In this document: in pieces, positions 27,444 to 37,846 of the stretch
Position numbering within the stretch: the first letter of the stretch is position 1
How the letters are laid out: each line of letters opens with the position of its first letter
Source of the DNA: Ignavibacteriales bacterium
Lineage (GTDB): Bacteria > Bacteroidota > Ignavibacteria > UBA10030 > UBA6906
NCBI GenBank assembly: GCA_037441705.1
Contig: JBBIRR010000003.1
Span: forward strand, 1-64,000
Length of the DNA stretch: 64,000 nucleotides
Direction: 5' to 3'
Made by a program: the position numbers and the translations under genes
Notes under the pieces: generated by a model
Told to the model about the DNA's origin: nothing
Seen by the model: only the letters and a program-made list of their open reading frames with translations
Databases searched by the model: none

Positions 27444-28553
27444 TCATCTTTCCGCCTGCGCCAGGACAGCCGCGGCAAGCGTTGCAGCCGCCTCGGGCTT
27501 GCCGAGTGCCCGTGCCCGCTGCGCCATGGCTGCGCGCCGCCGATCATCGTTCAACAACTCCTGCAGCGTCCCCCAGAGCTGCATGCCCAGATCGGCATCG
27601 TGAATCATCGCCGCTGCGCCTTCCCGCACCATCATCTCGGCATTGCGTCGCTGATGGTCGGCCGCCGCGAAGGGATACGGCACCAGAATCGCCGGCACAC
27701 CGCAGCCGGTCAGCTCTGCCAGCGTCGTTGCCCCGGCCCGGCACACCGCCAGGTCGCACGCCGCGTAGGCATACTGCATCCGATCGATGAATTTGTACAC
27801 CCGCACGTACGGCTCTTCGCGATCGGCCTGCATCTGCTGCACGAGTTTGCTCATGCTCTCAAAGTCCAGCTCACCCGTTTGCCAGATCGTCTGCACATTC
27901 ATTGCGCGGAGACGCCCAAGGATACCCGCCAGCGCGCTGTTGATGGAGCCGGCGCCGAGACTCCCGCCGAAGACGAGAAGGGTTTTTTTATCGGGACTGA
28001 GATGAAAGAGCCTCAGCCCCTCTTCTCTGTTGAGGGGTTCGGTCAATGCCGTCGGTGTCCCGCTCACGAACACGTTGTCAGTTCGTTTGAGAAAGTGCTT
28101 CGTTGCTTCGAACGAGAGATGAACCTGCGTTGCGCGCGCGGCAAGCAGACGCGTGGTAGCGCCGGGCACGCTGTTCTGTTCTTGAATCACCGTGGGGATA
28201 CCCAGCCATGACGCGACCAACAAAGGCGGTCCACATACGTACCCTCCCGTTCCAACAACAACATTGGGCTTCAGTTGCTTTATGAGAATGAACGACTGCA
28301 CACATGCGACGAAGACTTTCAGAGGAAAAAGAAGATTGCTGATCGCCCACGTTCTTCTCAATCCGCTGATCCAGATACTGCGGAACGCGTAGCCCCGCTG
28401 TGGTACCACGCGCGCCTCCAATCTCTCCCGTGTTCCGATGAACGTGATCTCTGCATCGGGCTGACGCTTTTTGATTTCGTCGGCGATGGCAAGCGCGGGA
28501 AACAGATGACCGCCGGTGCCGCCGCCTGCAAAGACAATTCTGATCGCTGACAT
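27444..28553 (-). CDS. murG: Undecaprenyl-PP-MurNAc-pentapeptide GlcNAc transferase
   Basis: GGGTGGH, GTGGYV, EQN, FGGSLGA, RAGATT, DHQ..NA. Confidence 0.98.
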   Translation of the reverse strand: MSAIRIVFAGGGTGGHLFPALAIADEIKKRQPDAEITFIGTRERLEARVVPQRGYAFRSIWISGLRRTWAISNLLFPLKVFVACVQSFILIKQLKPNVVVGTGGYVCGPPLLVASWLGIPTVIQEQNSVPGATTRLLAARATQVHLSFEATKHFLKRTDNVFVSGTPTALTEPLNREEGLRLFHLSPDKKTLLVFGGSLGAGSINSALAGILGRLRAMNVQTIWQTGELDFESMSKLVQQMQADREEPYVRVYKFIDRMQYAYAACDLAVCRAGATTLAELTGCGVPAILVPYPFAAADHQRRNAEMMVREGAAAMIHDADLGMQLWGTLQELLNDDRRRAAMAQRARALGKPEAAATLAAAVLAQAER

Positions 28554-28605
28554 GTCTGTTGCTGCAATCGTACCACTCCGTCATTCAACACGCCGGGTGC
28601 CCGGC

Positions 28606-29784
28606 TCAGTACACCTGGCCGACCGCGGGCGCCGGTTGCTTGTCCCGTCTTCTGCTGAACAGCGGTGCGCCCACCCGCGGATGCAAGTCCGTGTACGACG
28701 AGATATTCAGCAGCACGCCGATTGCGGCCGATGAAAACACCATTGACGATCCGCCGTAACTGACAAACGGCATCGGCAATCCGGTGGTCGGAAGAAGGCC
28801 GAGCGTGACGCCGGCGTTCACCAGCGCATAGGCTGAAATGGCGATGGTGATGCCGACAGCAAGCAAGCGACCAAACTCATCCCCCGCATGCTTCGCAATC
28901 TTGAATCCTCTCAACATCAAGAGCAAGAAGAGCATCATCATGGCCATGGTTCCGATCAGTCCGTACTCCTCGCCGACGATCGAGAAGACGAAATCGCCAT
29001 ACGACTCCGGGAGGAAAAAATCCCGCTGCTTGCTCTCGCCCGGTCCCACCCCAAAGATGCCGCCGTTGCCGAAGCCGATAATGCCCTGCCACAGTTGATA
29101 GTTGACCTTCCCGGTTGTATCCTCCGAGAAGCCGATGAAGGCGAGCACGCGCTTCATGCGATAGGGCGCGCTGAGCATGTAGGCCGTCAGAACGGGCAGG
29201 ACGGCCGCTGCCGAGAGCAGCATGTGCGTCGGCTTCGCGCCGCCAACAAACAACATCGTCATGCTGATGGCAAGAATCATGGCGCCCGTGCTGAAGTTCG
29301 GCTGCAGCAGGACGAGCAGCGCCACCGATCCGATCCAGACCATCATGGGCAAAAACCCGGTGGAAAAATCCCGCACGCGGCCCCCCTTCACTGCGAGCAG
29401 AGTACACAGATGGAACAGGAGGGCAAACTTCGCGAATTCCGACGGCTGAAAGCCGAGCCCTCCCAGTCTAAGCCAGCGCGCGGCCCCCTTGACTTCGCCG
29501 CCGAGCACGAGCGTGATCATGAGAAGGACGACTGCACCGATCAGGATGCGGCGGGTCAACTTTTCCCTGTACCTCCGGTAATCAATGTTCATGAAAATGA
29601 TGATGGCAGCAAAACTGATGATGACCTTGATGACGTGAAGCTGCATGAGCCGCGCACTCGACCCCCACCGCTCCAACGCGACCGTCGAGCTTGCGCTGTA
29701 CACCACCGAAAGGCTCAGCACCATCAGCGCGAGGACGGCCACAAGCGTGGGGAGGTCAATATGGTTTCGTCGTGTCTCGGTCAC
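28606..29784 (-). CDS. ftsW: SEDS peptidoglycan polymerase FtsW
   Basis: VYSAS, ARW, FQPSEFAK, LPESYGDF, PFVSYGGSS. Confidence 0.97.
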   Translation of the reverse strand: MTETRRNHIDLPTLVAVLALMVLSLSVVYSASSTVALERWGSSARLMQLHVIKVIISFAAIIIFMNIDYRRYREKLTRRILIGAVVLLMITLVLGGEVKGAARWLRLGGLGFQPSEFAKFALLFHLCTLLAVKGGRVRDFSTGFLPMMVWIGSVALLVLLQPNFSTGAMILAISMTMLFVGGAKPTHMLLSAAAVLPVLTAYMLSAPYRMKRVLAFIGFSEDTTGKVNYQLWQGIIGFGNGGIFGVGPGESKQRDFFLPESYGDFVFSIVGEEYGLIGTMAMMMLFLLLMLRGFKIAKHAGDEFGRLLAVGITIAISAYALVNAGVTLGLLPTTGLPMPFVSYGGSSMVFSSAAIGVLLNISSYTDLHPRVGAPLFSRRRDKQPAPAVGQVY

Positions 29785-31139
29785 GTGAGTTTCAAGACTT
29801 CCTCTTTGAACACTTTCCCGCGATGCTCATAATTCTCGTACCAGTCGAACGAGGCGCAGGCAGGAGACAGCAGAACAACATCGCCTGCGGTGGCTGCGGC
29901 GGCAGCCAGTTGTACCGCTTCGCGCATGGAACCGGCCGTGTGCACAGGCGTTACTCGTTCGAATGCGCCGACAACCTTGGGAGCCGATTCCCCAATCGCA
30001 ATGATGGCTTTGACGTGTTCCTGCACGAGCGGTATCAGTCGGGTGTAATCGTTGCCCTTGTCGCGCCCGCCGAGGAGCAGCACAATAGACCCGGAAAAAC
30101 TCTGCAGCGCGTACCAGACGGAATCAACGTTGGTTGCTTTCGAATCATTTACGTACATCACTCCGCGCAGCTCACGTACGAACTCGAGCCGATGCTCGAC
30201 GCCTTTGAAGTTCCGCAGCGTTGCGCGCAGCGACGCCGTCGGGATGTTCATCACGCGCGCCGCAAGAGCTGCCGCCATCGCGTTCATCAGATTGTGCGCG
30301 CCTTTGATGCTGATCTCCGACGTGGCGATCACTTCACGTTCTTCTCCGCTCATGCGTACGACGAGCTTCCCGTCGCGCACGAAGGCGCCTTCCGCAACAA
30401 TCTCCGAGACGCTGAAGGGCATCTTCTTCACATCGGGATGCACGCTGCGCTCGACCAGCGAGCGTACCACCGCATCGTCGGCGTTGTACACAACGGTGTC
30501 GCCCTCGCGCTGGTTCATGAACACTCTCCCCTTCGACGCTGTGTAGCGTTCCATCGAATTCCCGTACCGATCCAGATGATCGGGCGTGATGTTGAGAAGC
30601 ACAGCCACATTCGGTCTGAACGTTTCGATGGTGTCGAGCTGAAAGCTGCTGACTTCCAAGATCGCCGTATGCTTTTCGGTCATGCTACCTACCGCTTGGG
30701 AAAATGCGTTGCCGATGTTTCCGGCCACGATCGCCGGCCTACGTGCATCTTCGAAGATGCGTCCGAGGAGTGCGGTCGTGGTGGTCTTGCCGTTCGTTCC
30801 TGTAATGGCAATGATCGGTCCCGGACAGAACCAGCTTGCCACCTCCATCTCGCCGACAGCTCTTTTCCCGCGTGCCTGTGCTTGCCGCACGATCGGGATG
30901 TCCGACGGGACGCCGGGACTGAGAACAAGTACGTCGGCCTGGAGGAGCCTCTCCGTATGGCCGCCGCATTCGTACGCGATGGTATGTCGCTCAAGTTCGG
31001 CAATGCTGTCTCGAAGTTTCTCCGCGGGTGCAGCATCGCTGACAAACACGTTCGCGCCGCGTGCCTTGAGCAGCAGCGCAGCAGCCACGCCGCTCCGCGC
31101 AGCACCGATGATGCCGTATGTTGTTCCTCGAATCTCCAC
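29781..31139 (-). CDS. murD: UDP-MurNAc-L-Ala--D-Glu ligase
   Basis: SPGV, TGTNGKTT, EVSSFQL, HLDRY, NDSKATN, SPACASFD. Confidence 0.98.
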   Translation of the reverse strand: MEIRGTTYGIIGAARSGVAAALLLKARGANVFVSDAAPAEKLRDSIAELERHTIAYECGGHTERLLQADVLVLSPGVPSDIPIVRQAQARGKRAVGEMEVASWFCPGPIIAITGTNGKTTTTALLGRIFEDARRPAIVAGNIGNAFSQAVGSMTEKHTAILEVSSFQLDTIETFRPNVAVLLNITPDHLDRYGNSMERYTASKGRVFMNQREGDTVVYNADDAVVRSLVERSVHPDVKKMPFSVSEIVAEGAFVRDGKLVVRMSGEEREVIATSEISIKGAHNLMNAMAAALAARVMNIPTASLRATLRNFKGVEHRLEFVRELRGVMYVNDSKATNVDSVWYALQSFSGSIVLLLGGRDKGNDYTRLIPLVQEHVKAIIAIGESAPKVVGAFERVTPVHTAGSMREAVQLAAAAATAGDVVLLSPACASFDWYENYEHRGKVFKEEVLKLT

Positions 31140-31166
31140 TCATAACTCTCTCTTGTTCTGCGCGCT

Positions 31167-32291
31167 TCATCGGACTTTGAATGTCGCCAGACTCAAAATC
31201 ATGAGAAGAATGGCAACGATGTAGAAGCGCATGACGATCTTGGGTTCGGGCCAGCCGAGCATTTCGAAGTGATGATGCAGCGGAGCCATCTTGAACACGC
31301 GGCGCCCTTCGCCGTACTTCCGTTTCGTGTATTTGAAATAGAGCCGCTGAATAATCACCGACAGCGTCTCCACGAAAAACACGCCGCCGAGCGTTGGGAG
31401 TAAGAGTTCTTTCTTGATCAGCACACACAGTGCCCCGATGGCACCGCCGAGCGCAAGCGAACCCGTGTCACCCATGAACACCTGCGCGGGATACGCATTG
31501 AACCAGAGAAAGCCGAGCGCGGCGCCGGTCATGGCCGCGCAAAAGACGGCAAGCTCGCCGTTCCCCCGCAGAAACGGTATCGTCAGATAGTTGCTCAAGA
31601 TCGCATTGCCCGAAATGTAGCTGATGATCGCGAGCGTGAACGCAACAATCGCCGTTGTGCCGATGGCAAGCCCATCAAGCCCATCCGTCAGATTGACGGC
31701 ATTCGATGTGGCCACGATGATAAACACCACGATGGGAACGTACAGCATCCCGAAGTCCACTTCCATATTCTTGAAGAAGGGAACCGTCGTCGAGGAATTG
31801 ATCTTCCACAGGTCGGGATCAATCCATTCCGGAAAAAAGTAGATGATGCCGCCGACAACCAATCCCACGAACACCTGCCCGACAATCTTGTATCTGCCGA
31901 TCAGTCCCTTGGGCTTCTTCTTGACGACCTTCAGATAATCGTCGAGAAAGCCGACGGCGCCGAGCGTAATCGTCACGAACAGGATCAGCACGACGTACAG
32001 ATTCGTCAGTGTCCCCCAGAGAAAGGTCGGTACGACGATCGCCGCCAGCACAATCAATCCGCCCATCGTGGGCGTTCCTGCTTTCGTAAGATGCGTCTTC
32101 GGTGCTTCTAACTTCGCTGCTTCGCCGATCTGATGCTTCCGCAACAGAGCGATGATCTTCGGCCCCAGCCAGAATGCAATCAGCAGAGCGGTGATTGCCG
32201 CTGCGGCTGCTCGAAATGTAATGTAGCGGACGACACCGAAGCCGGGCGGATGATAGAGCTGGTGGATGATGTCGAACAGATATGTGAGCAT
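31167..32291 (-). CDS. mraY: Phospho-MurNAc-pentapeptide translocase
   Basis: KAGTPTMGG, DDYLK, NAVNLTDGLDGL, FMGDTGS, APLHHHFE; ATG at 32291. Confidence 0.98.
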   Translation of the reverse strand: MLTYLFDIIHQLYHPPGFGVVRYITFRAAAAAITALLIAFWLGPKIIALLRKHQIGEAAKLEAPKTHLTKAGTPTMGGLIVLAAIVVPTFLWGTLTNLYVVLILFVTITLGAVGFLDDYLKVVKKKPKGLIGRYKIVGQVFVGLVVGGIIYFFPEWIDPDLWKINSSTTVPFFKNMEVDFGMLYVPIVVFIIVATSNAVNLTDGLDGLAIGTTAIVAFTLAIISYISGNAILSNYLTIPFLRGNGELAVFCAAMTGAALGFLWFNAYPAQVFMGDTGSLALGGAIGALCVLIKKELLLPTLGGVFFVETLSVIIQRLYFKYTKRKYGEGRRVFKMAPLHHHFEMLGWPEPKIVMRFYIVAILLMILSLATFKVR

Positions 32292-32292
32292 G

Positions 32293-33696
32293 CTACGTTC
32301 CGGCTTTCTGCCGCGTGAGTCGTTCCTGTATGAAGACGACCACATCTTCCATCGCAAGACTGCGTGAGCCTTTCACAAGGACGGCATCGCCCGGAGAAAG
32401 CAGCTCGCACAGATACTCAGCAAGCATGTTTTTTTGTTGGTAATGAACTTTGAACTTCACATCGGCGGCATCGTGAATGTGGCGCGCCTGCTCGCCGTAC
32501 GTGAGCAGGTACTCAATGGGAAGCGCCGAAAGCTCCCTGCCGATGCGAGCGTGCTCGGCCGCAGAAGCCTCGCCTAATTCATTCATGTCGGCAAGGACGG
32601 CAATACGCTTGCCGGCAACCTGTGCCGAGACGAGCGTCCGCAACGCGGCACGGACGGAATCGGGATTTGCATTGTACGTATCGTTGTACACGGTAACGCC
32701 GCCGATCGTCAGAATCTCCATACGCTTGCTCACGGGTCGAAACAGTTCCAGCGCCGACTTGATTTCCGCTGCCGGCACGTTGAATGTCAGGCCCACCGCC
32801 GCGGCGGCAAGGGCATTGAGTGCGTTGTGCACTCCCGGAATCGAAAGACGCATGCGCACCTCGCGCGTGCTGCCTTTGCGTCTCAGGCGCAGCTCGGCGC
32901 GCCCGGCTCCATCCACGTCGCCGATAGCCCCGCGCACCGAAGCGGTGGAGTTGCACCCATACGTCACTTTGTTCTTGAGCTTCCTGGCTCGACGACGAAG
33001 GAAGCTGTCGTCCACATTCACGAACGCTACAGCCCCGGTGCGTTGGGCGAGGGCATCGAACAACGCACACTCTTCTTTCGCGACGCCGCCGAGCGTGCGA
33101 AAGAACTCCAGATGCTCGCGGCCGATATTGGTGATCAGGCCGTGCGTCGGTTCCAGCACGCGGCACAGATACGCGATCTCGCCCGGATGGTTTGTGCCAA
33201 TCTCGATCACCGCAATCTCATGTTTCCGCCTCAGCCGAAACAGCGTGTGCGGAACGCCGATATGGTTGTTGAGATTTCCTTCCGTACTGAGCACCGCATA
33301 GCGCCTGCTCAGCACGGCGGCGATCATGTCCTTCGTTGTCGTCTTGCCGTTGCTGCCTCCGACGGCAAGAACCGGAATATCAAACTTCAACCGGTAATAC
33401 CGCGCCAGTTCGCCGAGCGCTTTCGTCGTATCCGACACCACCAACAGCGGCATCGTCTTCACAGGTTCGATGGCTCCTTCACGGTCAACCACGGCCGCAA
33501 CGGCTCCGCCGGCAAACGCCTCTGCAAGAAATCGGTGACCGTCGAAGTTCGTTCCACGAATGGCCACAAACAGGTCGCCCTCGCGGATCGTACGCGAGTC
33601 GGTCGAGATGCCGGTGATCGTTTCCCCCTTCAACTTGCCTGCGTTTCGCAGTTCGTCGTGTGCGATGTGCAGTAGTTCGCTGGGGGAAAGTTTCAT
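32293..33696 (-). CDS. murF: UDP-MurNAc-tripeptide--D-Ala-D-Ala ligase
   Basis: DSR, GSNGKTTTK, NNHIGVP, DTYNANP, VKGSR. Confidence 0.97.
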   Translation of the reverse strand: MKLSPSELLHIAHDELRNAGKLKGETITGISTDSRTIREGDLFVAIRGTNFDGHRFLAEAFAGGAVAAVVDREGAIEPVKTMPLLVVSDTTKALGELARYYRLKFDIPVLAVGGSNGKTTTKDMIAAVLSRRYAVLSTEGNLNNHIGVPHTLFRLRRKHEIAVIEIGTNHPGEIAYLCRVLEPTHGLITNIGREHLEFFRTLGGVAKEECALFDALAQRTGAVAFVNVDDSFLRRRARKLKNKVTYGCNSTASVRGAIGDVDGAGRAELRLRRKGSTREVRMRLSIPGVHNALNALAAAAVGLTFNVPAAEIKSALELFRPVSKRMEILTIGGVTVYNDTYNANPDSVRAALRTLVSAQVAGKRIAVLADMNELGEASAAEHARIGRELSALPIEYLLTYGEQARHIHDAADVKFKVHYQQKNMLAEYLCELLSPGDAVLVKGSRSLAMEDVVVFIQERLTRQKAGT

Positions 33697-35201
33697 CGTT
33701 GTGTTCGGATGAACGACTCTATTTCTTCCCGATCATCAAAATGCACGCGCCGGTCGCCAACAATCTGATACGTCTCGTGTCCCTTGCCGGCAATCAACAC
33801 AACATCCCCCGCGCGGGCCATGCCGAGCGCGAACGCAATCGCCTTTCGCCGATCGACCTCTGTATGCACGGTTTTCCCGGGCACGCAGCCCGCCTGGATG
33901 TCACGCAGAATTGCTTCCGGCCTCTCACTCCGTGGATTGTCCGAGGTGATGACGGTGACGTCACTCAGCTCAGTCGCCACGCGGCCCATCAACGGCCGTT
34001 TTCCTTTATCTCTATCCCCCCCACATCCAAAGACCGTGATGATACGTCCGCGCCTGTCTTCACCCATAATGTCGTGGATGGTCCGGAGGCAATGCGCAAG
34101 CGCATCGGGAGTGTGGGCATAGTCAACCACCGCGATCCATCCCTCGGGCGATGCGATGTGTTGAAAACGTCCGGGCACCGCTTTGACGCGCGCAATGCCT
34201 TCTTCGATCGTCTTCCGATCGAAGCCCAGCGCGACACCCGTGGCATACGCGGCCAGCGCGTTCTGCACATTGAAGCGTCCGATGAGCGGCGTATGCACCG
34301 GACGCGGCTGCTGCTGATACGTTACGGTGAACTGCGAACCTGAAAGACTCACCTGCACGTCCGATGCTCGGACCTGGGCAGTGTCGGACGTGCCGTAGGT
34401 GAAAATAGATACTGCCGTGTTTGCCACAATTGCTTTTCCGCGCGGATCGTCGCTGTTGGTAATCGCCACCGCGTCGGACGAGAGTTCGTCGAACAGGATT
34501 TTCTTCGCGTGGAAGTAGTTGTCCATTGTTCGATGAAAATCCAGATGATCTTGCGTCAAGTTCGTGAAGACGGCTGCGCGGAAGTTGATTCCGGCGACCC
34601 GATGAAGCGTCAGAGCATGCGAGGACACTTCCATGACCGCTGCCTTGCAGCCCCGCTCAACCATGGTCGCCAGCAGCTTATTCAACTCTAAGGACTCCGG
34701 CGTCGTGTGTGTCGGGGGAAGAATCTCATCGCCGATTTGATATTCAACCGTTCCGATCAAGCCTGCTCTCCATCCTTGAGCTTCGAGGATCGCCTTGATG
34801 AGATAGGTTGTTGATGTCTTGCCGTTCGTGCCTGTCACGCCGATGAGTGTGAGCTTCTGCGCGGGATGGCCGAAGTAGTTCGCCGCCATTCGGGCAAGAG
34901 CTTTGCGCGTATCGGGCACGACGATCTTCACCGCACCCGTGTGCATAAAGAACGAATCGGGCATGGCGGTGTCGTCTTCCACAACAACCACTTTCGCGCC
35001 TTTCGTCACCGCCGCGTTGATGTACTTGTGACCGTCCGTGGTTGCGCCTTTGATGGCAACGAAAACGTCTCCGCGGCCGATCTGCCGCGAGTCATAGTGG
35101 ATTGCGGCGATCTCGACATCGTGCGTCACCACCATCTGTCCAAACACAGTCTGAAACATTTTGGACACGGACACTCCATCAAGCAAACGAGAAAGCGTCA
35201 T
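33693..35201 (-). CDS. murE: UDP-MurNAc-dipeptide--meso-DAP ligase
   Basis: GTNGKTS, HTTP, EVSSH, DYAHTPD, DNPR (DAP-type specificity motif), GKGHE; ATG at 35201. Confidence 0.97.
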   Translation of the reverse strand: MTLSRLLDGVSVSKMFQTVFGQMVVTHDVEIAAIHYDSRQIGRGDVFVAIKGATTDGHKYINAAVTKGAKVVVVEDDTAMPDSFFMHTGAVKIVVPDTRKALARMAANYFGHPAQKLTLIGVTGTNGKTSTTYLIKAILEAQGWRAGLIGTVEYQIGDEILPPTHTTPESLELNKLLATMVERGCKAAVMEVSSHALTLHRVAGINFRAAVFTNLTQDHLDFHRTMDNYFHAKKILFDELSSDAVAITNSDDPRGKAIVANTAVSIFTYGTSDTAQVRASDVQVSLSGSQFTVTYQQQPRPVHTPLIGRFNVQNALAAYATGVALGFDRKTIEEGIARVKAVPGRFQHIASPEGWIAVVDYAHTPDALAHCLRTIHDIMGEDRRGRIITVFGCGGDRDKGKRPLMGRVATELSDVTVITSDNPRSERPEAILRDIQAGCVPGKTVHTEVDRRKAIAFALGMARAGDVVLIAGKGHETYQIVGDRRVHFDDREEIESFIRTQR

Positions 35202-37366
35202 AACGAAGCAACCGACGAATTCGGATTCACGCTGCAGCGGATACCGACCCGCGTTCCGGGTCGCACCTGTTGCCCCGGTGCCGGACTTTGCGCAACCACA
35301 ATGCCTGATCCTTCGATGTACACATCGAGCCGCGCGAGGATCAGTCGGTTCAACGCCCTGCGCAGCGACAGTCCACGAACGTCGGGCACGGTCGTGGATC
35401 CGCCGGTCGTCGGCGCGGTGATTGATGCCGTAACCAGCCGAATGCTCGTCCCGCGTGCAACCTTCTGTCCGGGCGCCGGCGTTTGCTGCAGAACGATCGT
35501 TCCGCCGCCGTCGACGGTGACATTCAGATCGAGCGACGCGAGGGTAGCAGTCGCTGCTTCCAGCGTCAGCGTTCTGACGTCCGGCGTCGCAACCATCTCC
35601 TTGCTGTCGGGCAGCGGCGTCTCTGCCGCCATCAGCGCACCGGAGGTGGTTGTGGTTTTTTCTGCTATGCCTTTGACGATCGGGGCACTGGTATACGCGC
35701 CATAGTATGCCTGCGCCTTCGGATTGTCTAACACAACAAGACACACGACCTGCGGATCGGAGGCGGGGAACATTCCGACAAATGATGCTTTGTAGTGTTG
35801 CGTCGAGTAGGTCCCGTGAACGAGCTTGCGCGTGGTTCCGGTCTTGCCTGCGATCTCCACTATGGTACTTTGGGAATGTTTTCCCGTTCCGCGCTCGACA
35901 ACACCCCGCAGGAACGAGCGGAGGGAATCGGCCGTCGCCCGCGAGATGACGCGTCGAATCGCCTGCGGATGCGTTTCGAGCAGCACCTCATTGTGTTCAT
36001 TCAAGATTTGTTTTACGACGTACGGCTTCATCAACACACCACCGTTGGCAACCGCGGCGTAGGCCGCGGCAATCTGGAGCGGCGTCGCGCTCACTTCGTA
36101 CCCGTAGGCCATCGTGTTCAAGGTGGTGCCCGACCATTGCGTCGGCTTCTTCAGTTGTCCGGAGGCTTCGCCCAGTAATTCAATTCCGGTGGGTGTTCCG
36201 AACCCGAAATTGCGCGCCATGGTGTAGAATCGCTCCGCGCCGATGATGTCCGATACTTTCGCCATGACGATGTTGCTGGAGAGTTCCGTTGCCTCGCGCA
36301 GGGTCAACATCCCGTACTTGTGCACGTCGGTAATCGTTTGTGGTCTCCCCGGCACGCGATAGGCTCCGTTCTCCGCGAAAAATCTCTGGCTCGGAGACAC
36401 GAGTTGATATTCGATCGCTGCCGATACGGTCACAATCTTAAACAGCGACCCCGGCTCGAAAACGTCGGTGATTGCGCGGTTTCGCGCTGCGTCGGGATCG
36501 CTGCGCTGGTAGCGATTGGGATTGATGCTCGGAAAGTTTGCCATCGCGAGCACTTCGCCTGTCCGCGGGTCCAGCATGACGACAACACCGCTTTCGGCAG
36601 CGCTTCGCTCGATGCCTTTGCGCAGCTCCTCTTCAGCAATCGCCTGACACTCCAGATCGATCGTGAGCACGATGTTGTTTCCGTTCACCGGTTCGACACG
36701 CGGGTAATCAACGGTCGGCCGTTTGCGTCCCAGGCCATCACGCTGCATCACTACATAGCCGTCCCGTCCCTTCAGATACCGATCGAACTGCAGCTCGATG
36801 CCACTGAGACCGTTGTTGTCAATGTCGGTGAATCCTAAGAGTTGACCCGCGACGTGGTCGTAATGATAGATGCGCTGCGGTTCGTTCGTCTGAATCACCC
36901 CCTCAAGCTGATGCGGTTTGAGCGCTGCCACCGTTTGTTGGCCTGCTCGCCGTTCCAGCCACACAAAGCGCGAATCCTTCTTGCGAAGACGTGCGAGATA
37001 CATCTCCCGTTTCTCCCGGCCGAACACGTTTGCGAACCGTTCGGCAACTGCTTCAGCATTCGCACCGATCACCTGGGGATCTGCGGCGTAGGAGACGGCC
37101 ATCGCGCTGGAGACCAAGATTTGTCCGTTGCGATCGTAGATGTTGCCCCGCGTGGCAAGAAGCGGAACCTTCACCTCGTATTGCCGGCGGGCAATTTCCT
37201 TGTACTTCGGCGCATCGAAGACCTGAACCTCCACCAGACGCGCTGCTATGATGAGAAAGAACAACACGAAGCCAAGCTTCAGCCACAGAACTCGTCGCAT
37301 CATCTCCTGTCCCGGTATGGCGGAGGTTTGCGACGGCAGACGGACGTTCGTGTTTGTCTGTTGCAT
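35198..37366 (-). CDS. ftsI: Class B penicillin-binding protein (FtsI) with two C-terminal PASTA domains
   Basis: RGNIYDRNG, SLFK (SxxK), SSN, KTGT; two P-D-V-R...Q-x-P-A-P-G PASTA repeats. Confidence 0.95.
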   Translation of the reverse strand: MQQTNTNVRLPSQTSAIPGQEMMRRVLWLKLGFVLFFLIIAARLVEVQVFDAPKYKEIARRQYEVKVPLLATRGNIYDRNGQILVSSAMAVSYAADPQVIGANAEAVAERFANVFGREKREMYLARLRKKDSRFVWLERRAGQQTVAALKPHQLEGVIQTNEPQRIYHYDHVAGQLLGFTDIDNNGLSGIELQFDRYLKGRDGYVVMQRDGLGRKRPTVDYPRVEPVNGNNIVLTIDLECQAIAEEELRKGIERSAAESGVVVMLDPRTGEVLAMANFPSINPNRYQRSDPDAARNRAITDVFEPGSLFKIVTVSAAIEYQLVSPSQRFFAENGAYRVPGRPQTITDVHKYGMLTLREATELSSNIVMAKVSDIIGAERFYTMARNFGFGTPTGIELLGEASGQLKKPTQWSGTTLNTMAYGYEVSATPLQIAAAYAAVANGGVLMKPYVVKQILNEHNEVLLETHPQAIRRVISRATADSLRSFLRGVVERGTGKHSQSTIVEIAGKTGTTRKLVHGTYSTQHYKASFVGMFPASDPQVVCLVVLDNPKAQAYYGAYTSAPIVKGIAEKTTTTSGALMAAETPLPDSKEMVATPDVRTLTLEAATATLASLDLNVTVDGGGTIVLQQTPAPGQKVARGTSIRLVTASITAPTTGGSTTVPDVRGLSLRRALNRLILARLDVYIEGSGIVVAQSPAPGQQVRPGTRVGIRCSVNPNSSVASL

Positions 37367-37369
37367 AGA

Positions 37370-37846
37370 TTACTTATCGCGAAACTTCTCCCAACGGCTT
37401 GCATCAATCTCAAGCTGCTCGGGGCGCTCTTTCGGATACAGCAGCCCGAGCTGCTGCGTTGCCACATTCCCAATCCGCTCCCACGCGGACTTCCTGTTGA
37501 TCTCCGCTTTGAGAACTTTATTGGCGTTCTCGATTTTATCGTATTGCTGTTCGAGTCGATTCACTTCCACAGTGAGTTGATTGACCGCGAGAATATTGCT
37601 GACGTACGCGACACTTACGATAGCAACAAGAAACAGAGCCACAACAATATTAAACGTCGAGCGTTTGCGCGGCCCGCCTGCTGTCGTGTTGCGCGGGCGA
37701 ATGGCGTATCCGGGGATTTTGTCCTGCGGATCGCCGCTATAAATGTACCGGCGCTCGGCAGAAGAAGTAGCCGTCTGCGCCGACCGTGCGTCCCGTTCCG
37801 CGCGACGAAGCAATGGCGCGACGCCATCCGGTGAATTCTTCGTCAT
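37370..37846 (-). CDS. ftsL: Cell division protein FtsL-like
   Basis: Single TM plus coiled coil and A...LGL; lies between rsmH and ftsI. Confidence 0.8.
   Translation of the reverse strand: MTKNSPDGVAPLLRRAERDARSAQTATSSAERRYIYSGDPQDKIPGYAIRPRNTTAGGPRKRSTFNIVVALFLVAIVSVAYVSNILAVNQLTVEVNRLEQQYDKIENANKVLKAEINRKSAWERIGNVATQQLGLLYPKERPEQLEIDASRWEKFRDK

Noticed and set aside
35198-35600. PASTA domains on FtsI in a diderm organism
   Set aside because: From recall, this is common for FtsI in Bacteroidota/Chlorobi relatives, so it is not novel.
35202-35744. Apparent 181-aa N-terminal extension of MurE (683-aa ORF)
   Set aside because: It overlaps the PASTA region of ftsI in another frame. The ATG at 35201, overlapping the ftsI stop, gives a normal-length MurE.
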